The notes below the pieces were generated by a model, which did no database searches, had not been told where the DNA came from, and was given only the letters and a program-made list of their open reading frames with translations. Source: Calditrichaceae bacterium (lineage in GTDB: Bacteria; Calditrichota; Calditrichia; Calditrichales; JBFXGD01). Taken from it: DNA of 12,500 bases. Numbering within the stretch: position 1 is the stretch's first letter; each line of letters opens with the position of its first letter. Both the position numbers and the translations under genes were made by a program. Below, one piece after another: positions 7,122-12,500 of the stretch. The stretch lies in NCBI GenBank assembly GCA_050178385.1, contig JBFXGD010000100.1, positions 1-12,500 of the forward strand. The letters are read 5' to 3'.

Positions 7122-9266
7122 ATGATAAAGTCTTTCATGGTAATGGCGGGTATTGTCCTGATCTGCGCGGGACAGCTGAGAGCGCAGGCTGTCACTCACG
7201 GCCCTGTGGTAGGCGGGGTGACGTCACAATCCGCGGTATTCGTAATAAGAGTTGACGAAGCTGCTGTAATCCAGTTACAATTATCTAAGAATCTTTCTTT
7301 TTCTCCTTCCATTTTGTCAACGGCATCTTATGCGGATATTTCCACCGATTTCTTTGGAAAAGTAACTGTCGCAGATCTATCAGCGGCAACACAGTATTAC
7401 TACAGACCTGTGATTAACGGCATAACGGTTGAGAATGCCGCTGTCCGGTCATTCAGAACTTTTCCGCCTCCCGGAAGTCCTGCAGAATTCAAATTCTTAA
7501 CAGGTTCATGTCAGCAGGCGGATCCCGATCCGAATTCGGGCATTGGGTTGATTTTTCCAAAAATGGCCATGGAAAACGCGCTTTTCCTGTTACATCAGGG
7601 AGACTGGGGATATCCGGATACGACTGATATAGAATCAGGCACTCCGGGTAATTATTTTGCATTGGACTACGGCCGTGTTCAGGAAACTTACCGGTCCAGG
7701 TATGATCCGGCTTTTCCGATGGATGCACTTCTGAAGGTCATGCCTGTCGACTACACTTATGATGATCATGACATGATTGATGACAACAGTGATTATACCT
7801 ATCCGGGAATTGCCAATTCTATAAAAGGGTACATGGAAATGTTTCCGAATTATCATCTTCCGAATCCTGATGGCGGTATTTGGCATAAATTTACCTGCGG
7901 TAACGCCGATTTCTTTATGCTGGATAACCGATCCCAGCGTGATCCTTCATTGGAGTCCTTTTTCTCTCTGCCCCCCAATAACTTTCTGGGTGATGGATAC
8001 GTTTTGTATAATCCGTCCCCGGATCATAGAATTTTATCCGGGAATCCGTTTTTAGCAGGTGAAGATCAAATGACCTGGCTTCTTAGAGAATTGAGCAATT
8101 CAACGGCGGACTGGAAATTTATATCCACGGGAACTCCTTTTAATCCGGCGCTAAGGGGTGGGATTGAACTCGCCTTACTGTTGCAGAATGATCCGCGTTT
8201 CAATCCAATCATTACGCCGCAGGGGTCGTTTACTCCCGTTCAGATTGCCGGTGAATTTGCCGATAAATGGGCCGGTTATCCCGAAAGTATCATACGGCTG
8301 CTTAATCACATTATTACAAACAAAATTGAAAATGTAATTTTTCTAAGCGGCGATACTCATACATCAGGCATAGATGACGGGGCCAATTCAATCATCCCCG
8401 AACTCATGGCCGGACCGCTTGACAGAATCAACAGCAGAATAGTTGCTCTTCTGGAGCAGTTCGGCGTATTTATTTTCAACAGAGGCGGACAGACGAGTAC
8501 GCAGACAGATTTTGGAAATACATATGGTCGTGTCAGTGTATCAGGTTCAGAATCTGTTACGTTAGATATTGTGAGTGAGAGTGGAAATGTCATTGCGAGT
8601 CATGTAGTTGAATCGGGATTTCTTCCATCACGTGTTGGTGGTCTTGTCGTGCCGGCAGGTCTGGCTTTTGGAGAATTAAATACGGGGAACATTGGAGCGC
8701 AGGCAATCCTGGTTGTCAATACCAGTGTTGATCCGCTTATAGTGTCAAATATTGCAAGCAGCGATCCGCTTCATTTCAGGGTGTTTCCAAAATCATTTAC
8801 CGTTTTACCCGGCACTGTCCGGCGCGCCGCGGTTACCTACTTTCCGTTCGGTACGGGAAAAACCCATCAGGCCCTGCTTACCGTAAATACAAATGACCCG
8901 GACGGACCAATTTATGTTCAGGTATCCGGATCCGTGGCGAAGGCAGTCGCAATGGCTGATGAACAAAGTGATATATCAGGGATACCTTATCAGTTTAAGC
9001 TGCATCAGAATCATCCAAATCCGTTTAATCCCAGGACGGAGATTCAGTACAGTATCCCTGAAATAAGTCAGGTTTCGATCACTGTGTTTAATGTGCTGGG
9101 TGAAAGGATAAAAACACTTATAAAAGAGGAAAAAAGACCCGGAAATCACCTTGTTTCCTGGGACGGGACTAATGAGCATCAAATTCCGGTTCAAAGTGGT
9201 ATATATTTTTATACAATAACAGCGGGAAAATTTAAAGAAACCCGAAAAATGATGCTCTTAAAATAA
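7122..9266 (+). CDS. Secreted PhoD-family alkaline phosphatase/phosphodiesterase with Ig-like domain and C-terminal FlgD-Ig/T9SS type A-like sorting domain
   Basis: Signal peptide (...QLRA|Q) and a purple-acid-phosphatase-like N-domain (HGPVVGGVT, TQYYYR). PhoD motifs GSCQ, GDWGYPD, DDHD, LDNRSQRD, DKWAGY and SGDTH. An Ig-like segment (LAFGEL...VNTNDPD) and a LHQNHPNPFNP...WDG...SGIYFY...KMMLLK tail follow. GGGGGG RBS. Confidence 0.88.
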   Translation: MIKSFMVMAGIVLICAGQLRAQAVTHGPVVGGVTSQSAVFVIRVDEAAVIQLQLSKNLSFSPSILSTASYADISTDFFGKVTVADLSAATQYYYRPVINGITVENAAVRSFRTFPPPGSPAEFKFLTGSCQQADPDPNSGIGLIFPKMAMENALFLLHQGDWGYPDTTDIESGTPGNYFALDYGRVQETYRSRYDPAFPMDALLKVMPVDYTYDDHDMIDDNSDYTYPGIANSIKGYMEMFPNYHLPNPDGGIWHKFTCGNADFFMLDNRSQRDPSLESFFSLPPNNFLGDGYVLYNPSPDHRILSGNPFLAGEDQMTWLLRELSNSTADWKFISTGTPFNPALRGGIELALLLQNDPRFNPIITPQGSFTPVQIAGEFADKWAGYPESIIRLLNHIITNKIENVIFLSGDTHTSGIDDGANSIIPELMAGPLDRINSRIVALLEQFGVFIFNRGGQTSTQTDFGNTYGRVSVSGSESVTLDIVSESGNVIASHVVESGFLPSRVGGLVVPAGLAFGELNTGNIGAQAILVVNTSVDPLIVSNIASSDPLHFRVFPKSFTVLPGTVRRAAVTYFPFGTGKTHQALLTVNTNDPDGPIYVQVSGSVAKAVAMADEQSDISGIPYQFKLHQNHPNPFNPRTEIQYSIPEISQVSITVFNVLGERIKTLIKEEKRPGNHLVSWDGTNEHQIPVQSGIYFYTITAGKFKETRKMMLLK

Positions 9267-9329
9267 TTTTAAGCTTGAAAATTTTATATGTGGGATTTTA
9301 GAAAAATGAAAATTTCCGGACTAAATTAT

Positions 9330-9827
9330 ATGATGACAAAGTTTCTTATAATAAGTATAATAATTATGGCGGGAATAACGGCTTGTTCGCAGAAGACCAA
9401 TCATTCGGAAAGGTTAAATGTGAAATATAAAATTCAGAAATCGGACGAGCAGTGGCGTAAAATTCTGACAAATGAACAGTACATCATAACCAGAAAAAAA
9501 GGGACAGAATCTCCATTTTCGGGACAATATAACAACTTTAAAGAACAGGGAATGTTTAAATGTGTATGCTGCGGAAATGAGCTGTTTAGTTCGGAAGCAA
9601 AATATAATTCAGGAAGCGGATGGCCTAGTTTCTGGGCTCCTCTCTCCGATAAAAAAATTATCGAGGATGAAGACCGCAGTTTGTTTATGACAAGAACTGA
9701 AGTAACATGCAGTCAGTGCGGGGCGCATCTTGGACATGTTTTTGATGATGGTCCCGAGCCAACAGGCCTCCGTTATTGTATAAATTCAGCCGCACTAAAG
9801 TTTGCAGGTAATAAAGACGATAAATAG
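9330..9827 (+). CDS. msrB: Peptide-methionine (R)-S-oxide reductase MsrB, predicted lipoprotein
   Basis: W..LT.EQY..TR.KGTE, Zn-binding CVCC and [21 protein letters not shown], catalytic RYCINS. Start placed at ATG 9330/9333 because this gives a lipoprotein signal ending ITA|C; the ORF track starts at 9288. Confidence 0.95.
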   Translation: MMTKFLIISIIIMAGITACSQKTNHSERLNVKYKIQKSDEQWRKILTNEQYIITRKKGTESPFSGQYNNFKEQGMFKCVCCGNELFSSEAKYNSGSGWPSFWAPLSDKKIIEDEDRSLFMTRTEVTCSQCGAHLGHVFDDGPEPTGLRYCINSAALKFAGNKDDK

Positions 9828-9860
9828 GAAATGAGATACAAACCGGCACTTAAAATTAAT

Positions 9861-9890
9861 TTGAACTTATCCTGATTCGGTTTGTAAAAT
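9861..9890 (+). promoter_or_regulatory. Putative sigma70 promoter of the downstream small RNA
   Basis: TTGAAC (9861-9866), 18-nt spacer, TAAAAT (9885-9890). It lies ~10 nt before the first hairpin. Confidence 0.55.
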
Positions 9891-9966
9891 AATTTATGCT
9901 GCGCGGGATATTTAACAGGGAAATGTTTTGCGCGATGATTGATGCCCTATGTAAGGAGGTGATCCT

Positions 9967-10011
9967 ATTAGTAGTCAAAGTATGAAAGGAGCCTCCGTCG
10001 AGATCTGCTAG
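9967..10011 (+). CDS. Putative 14-aa small ORF, (M)SSQSMKGASVEIC, with an AUU start
   Basis: ATT lies 6 nt after GGAGGT and the frame is open to TAG 10009-10011. There is an in-frame ATG at 9982 (9 aa), and a TAA closes the frame upstream at 9952-9954. Confidence 0.35.
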   Translation: MSSQSMKGASVEIC

Positions 10012-10037
10012 CACCAGATCCGCGGGTTCCATAAGTT

Positions 10038-10071
10038 AAAAGCCCCCGTTTGTTTCCGGGGGCTTTTTTTT
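10038..10071. terminator. Bidirectional rho-independent terminator
   Basis: AAAAGCCCCCG (10038-10048), 8-nt loop, CGGGGGCTTTT, with a T8 run on + and a T4 run on -. It sits between the RNA/msrB and the convergent GGDEF-EAL gene. Confidence 0.92.
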
Positions 10072-10121
10072 GTTGAAAATGTCAAATCAATTCAATTTAT
10101 ATTGATTGAGAAGATATATTT

Positions 10122-11933
10122 CTAGGAAAATACTGTACTGAGCAGATTTTCTTTCTGTAAATACTTTTCGAACGCGCTGAGAGTTAAAGGCGGGCTGAAT
10201 AAAAATCCCTGGTACTTGCTGCAATTTTGAGATTCAAGAAGATACAAATCTTCCAACTGTTCAATTCCTTCGGCAATGATGTCTTTGTTTAAATCCTGAC
10301 CAAGCTTGATAATTGAATTTACGAGTTCCATGTGTTTGGGATTTGTGCTTATGTGCTTGACGAATGATTTATCAATTTTAATTGTCTGGGCGGTGAATTT
10401 CTGAAGATAAACAAGCGACGCATAGCCGGTTCCAAAGTCATCTATAGCAAGCCTGAAGCCGAGCGAAGATAATTCATTTAAATTTCTGAGAACTTCAATG
10501 TGATTATCCATATAACTTGTTTCGGTTAATTCGATTTGTATCATCCCAGGATCTACATCAAGAACCCGCATCATTTTCTCGATTTTTCGTATCATATTTG
10601 TCGCCTGAAGCTGCTTTGCCGAGAAATTAACGGAGACATACAAACGATCACTATGGCGCGACACTATCTCTTTATAATCTCTGCAAGCTTTATATAAAAT
10701 CCATTCGCCGATAGTCGATATGAGGTTTGATTGTTCAGCTATTGGAATAAAAAGTTCCGGATGAACAACGCCAAGTTCGGGGTGTTTCCAGCGTACCAGT
10801 GCTTCCGAACCAATCGTCTTGTATAAATTTTTAGATATTTTTTCTACAATCGGCTGATATAAAATCTCAAACTGACTTGAAAAATCGTCTTCATTTGAAA
10901 CTCTTCTGAGCGCTTTTTCAATGTTTAATTTCCTGAGCAGCTGTTCTGTCATATTCCTTGAGAAAAACTGAAAGTTGTTTTTGCCTTTTTTCTTCGCGTT
11001 ATACATGGCCGTGTCAGCATTCTGGATGAGCAGTTCATTTGTCGCGCCGTCCTTTGGGAATAATACTATCCCGATACTTATGCTCAGGAATGTTATTTTA
11101 TGACCGGAAATATAATAGGGATCAGCAACATATTGTGTGATTTTTTCAGCTATTTTGCCCGCGTCATAATCCTGATGGACATTTTTGAGTATGACGGAGA
11201 ATTCATCTCCGCCAACTCTGAATACTGAATCTGTTTTACGAACACAAATGCTGATTCTTGATGCCACCTCTTTCAAAATTTTATCACCGACATCATGACC
11301 AAACGAGTCGTTTATTACCTTAAAGTTATCCAGATCACAATATAAAATGGCTGTTATATTCTCCTCGGTGTCTCTCTCGGCATCCATAATGATCTGATTT
11401 ACCACTTCGTAAAACGCGTACCGGTTTTTGAGTCCGGTGAGCATATCGTGATAAGCCTGATATTTAAGCTCTTTTTGACCAAGGATTGTAGAGCTGAGAT
11501 TGGTTCCAAACAGACAAATGCAGGAAATTTTTGTCTGATCTTTATCAGTGAAAATAGGCTGATAGTATCGTTTATAATAGAGGGTCTTTTTTTTGTCAGG
11601 GATATATAATTTTTCAGTAAATTTTATGGTAGTCTTTTCAGCCAGTACGCGTTCAAAATGCGTTTTACGTTTGTTTCCGGATTCTGGTGAAATGCCCATC
11701 ATGGCAAAGTACACGCTATCGTCTTTACCGATGAGCGTATCCCGCCCGAATTCATTAGGGTAATAACTCGCGTTAATAAATTTATATCTCCCTTCAAGAT
11801 CATAAACCGCGATCTCCATCGGGACATTTTTAAATATTTCATATGCTTCGAGCAATTCGACATGGCCGTTTTTAGAATGATTGCTGCCGGAAGTTTTCTG
11901 ACGTCCGGATACTTTTTTGAATAGAGACTGCAT
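10122..11933 (-). CDS. PAS-like sensor GGDEF-EAL diguanylate cyclase/c-di-GMP phosphodiesterase
   Basis: N-terminal PAS-like region (IAVYDLEGRYKFIN...LIGK). GGDEF domain: HDMLTGLKNR, DLDNFKVINDSFGH, RKTD I-site, RVGGDEF. EAL domain: EALVRW, SVNFS, ELTE, IDDFGTGYAS, KIDKSF, AEGIE, QGF. The protein is soluble with no TM helix. Confidence 0.95.
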   Translation of the reverse strand: MQSLFKKVSGRQKTSGSNHSKNGHVELLEAYEIFKNVPMEIAVYDLEGRYKFINASYYPNEFGRDTLIGKDDSVYFAMMGISPESGNKRKTHFERVLAEKTTIKFTEKLYIPDKKKTLYYKRYYQPIFTDKDQTKISCICLFGTNLSSTILGQKELKYQAYHDMLTGLKNRYAFYEVVNQIIMDAERDTEENITAILYCDLDNFKVINDSFGHDVGDKILKEVASRISICVRKTDSVFRVGGDEFSVILKNVHQDYDAGKIAEKITQYVADPYYISGHKITFLSISIGIVLFPKDGATNELLIQNADTAMYNAKKKGKNNFQFFSRNMTEQLLRKLNIEKALRRVSNEDDFSSQFEILYQPIVEKISKNLYKTIGSEALVRWKHPELGVVHPELFIPIAEQSNLISTIGEWILYKACRDYKEIVSRHSDRLYVSVNFSAKQLQATNMIRKIEKMMRVLDVDPGMIQIELTETSYMDNHIEVLRNLNELSSLGFRLAIDDFGTGYASLVYLQKFTAQTIKIDKSFVKHISTNPKHMELVNSIIKLGQDLNKDIIAEGIEQLEDLYLLESQNCSKYQGFLFSPPLTLSAFEKYLQKENLLSTVFS

Positions 11934-12225
11934 ATTTTGACCTAATAGTTCAGGAACCGTTCAAACAAATGTAATTTCTTTTTTCAGCGCGAATGTTTAT
12001 ATTAGAGATAACTCTACTATCGAAATGTTTTTTATGTTCTTTAAAGAATTTTTACCAATGAGCGTATATTTGCTATGCAAATGATAGTAAAATTACATAA
12101 AAAGTGCAAATTGTTAAAAAAATATGTGCGCATTGTAAAAGTATGACTATTTAGATTTACGGGACCTATTGTTTCTTCTGTTCAAAAATACGGGTTTTTA
12201 AGAATAAAAAATACGGGAATTTCAT

Positions 12226-12500
12226 ATGATTCATCGTATCCGCAATAATATTCTACCCTATCTGCTATTCATTACCCTAATATTGAATAGCTCGCTTGTG
12301 TTGGGACAGAATTTCCAGTGGAGAGTGGGGGAAGAACTGGTTTACAAGGTTAAGTGGTCATTTCTAAGACTCGGAACGGTCAAACTGCAAATAGTTGATA
12401 CAACAAAAATAGAGAATGTACCGGTATATCACTTAAGATTTTTTATTTATTCCAATCCATTGTTGTTCTTTGTAAATAATCACAGTGTGTACAATAGTTT
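12226..12500 (+). CDS. DUF3108-like exported protein (5' part, truncated by the window end)
   Basis: Not in the ORF track. ATG 12226 opens MIHRIRNNILPYLLFITLILNSSLVLGQNFQWRVGEELVYKVKWSFLRLGTVKLQIVDTTKIENVPVYHLRF..., open to the edge. It has a signal-peptide-like segment and the GEEL.Y.V.W...G pattern typical of DUF3108 N-termini. Confidence 0.75.
   Translation, partial: MIHRIRNNILPYLLFITLILNSSLVLGQNFQWRVGEELVYKVKWSFLRLGTVKLQIVDTTKIENVPVYHLRFFIYSNPLLFFVNNHSVYNS

Larger units (their letters stand above)
9896..10071 (+). ncRNA. Candidate structured small RNA with an extended Shine-Dalgarno (possibly Chlorobi-1/Acido-1-like motif)
   Basis: Flanked by a promoter-like site and a terminator. Hairpins at 9901-9933 (13 bp, 4 G-U pairs), 9936-9977 and 9988-10030. 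TAAGGAGGTGATCC at 9952-9965 is the exact complement of the canonical 16S 3' end GGAUCACCUCCUUA. The family resemblance is from memory and unverified. Confidence 0.72.

Noticed and set aside
971..9194. Overlapping or antisense ORF-track entries (971-1339, 2018-2338, 2022-2258, 3629-3811, 4762-5088, 4958-5161, 5787-6032, 6367-6564, 6487-6741, 7489-7728, 7635-7886, 7870-8055, 8357-8593, 8976-9194)
   Set aside because: They are shadow frames of well-supported genes, with no recognisable motifs.
9952..9965. Minus-strand 16S rRNA gene fragment
   Set aside because: Identity stops after GATCC. The expected continuation (A.CCGCA) is absent, so this is an SD-type complement and not an rRNA remnant.
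1..12500. CRISPR array, tRNA/rRNA, IS or integron cassettes
   Set aside because: No regularly spaced repeats, cloverleaf, transposase/integrase or attC-like sites were seen by eye.

Overview
AT-rich bacterial housekeeping/accessory region. The 'QNHPNPFNP' C-terminal sorting domain suggests an FCB-group or related lineage (Calditrichota/KSB1/Ignavibacteria-like); this is inference only. The + strand carries, in order: a class I/II PLP aminotransferase, a secreted/membrane YfiM/DUF2279-like protein, a CsgA-type SDR, an orphan receiver-domain protein, a membrane metallophosphoesterase, a single-RRM protein, a PspC-domain protein, a secreted PhoD-like phosphatase with Ig-like and C-terminal sorting domains, and a putative lipoprotein MsrB. 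A PAS-GGDEF-EAL gene lies convergent on the - strand, and a DUF3108-like gene starts at the right edge. The most interesting element is an apparently self-contained ~175-nt structured RNA at ~9896-10071. It has a promoter-like site, three hairpins, a terminator, a perfect 14-nt complement of the 16S rRNA 3' end, and a tiny AUU-initiated ORF. The spacers also hide gene relics: a clear deleted and frameshifted radical SAM pseudogene, and weaker BrnT-like and YoeB-like toxin remnants.
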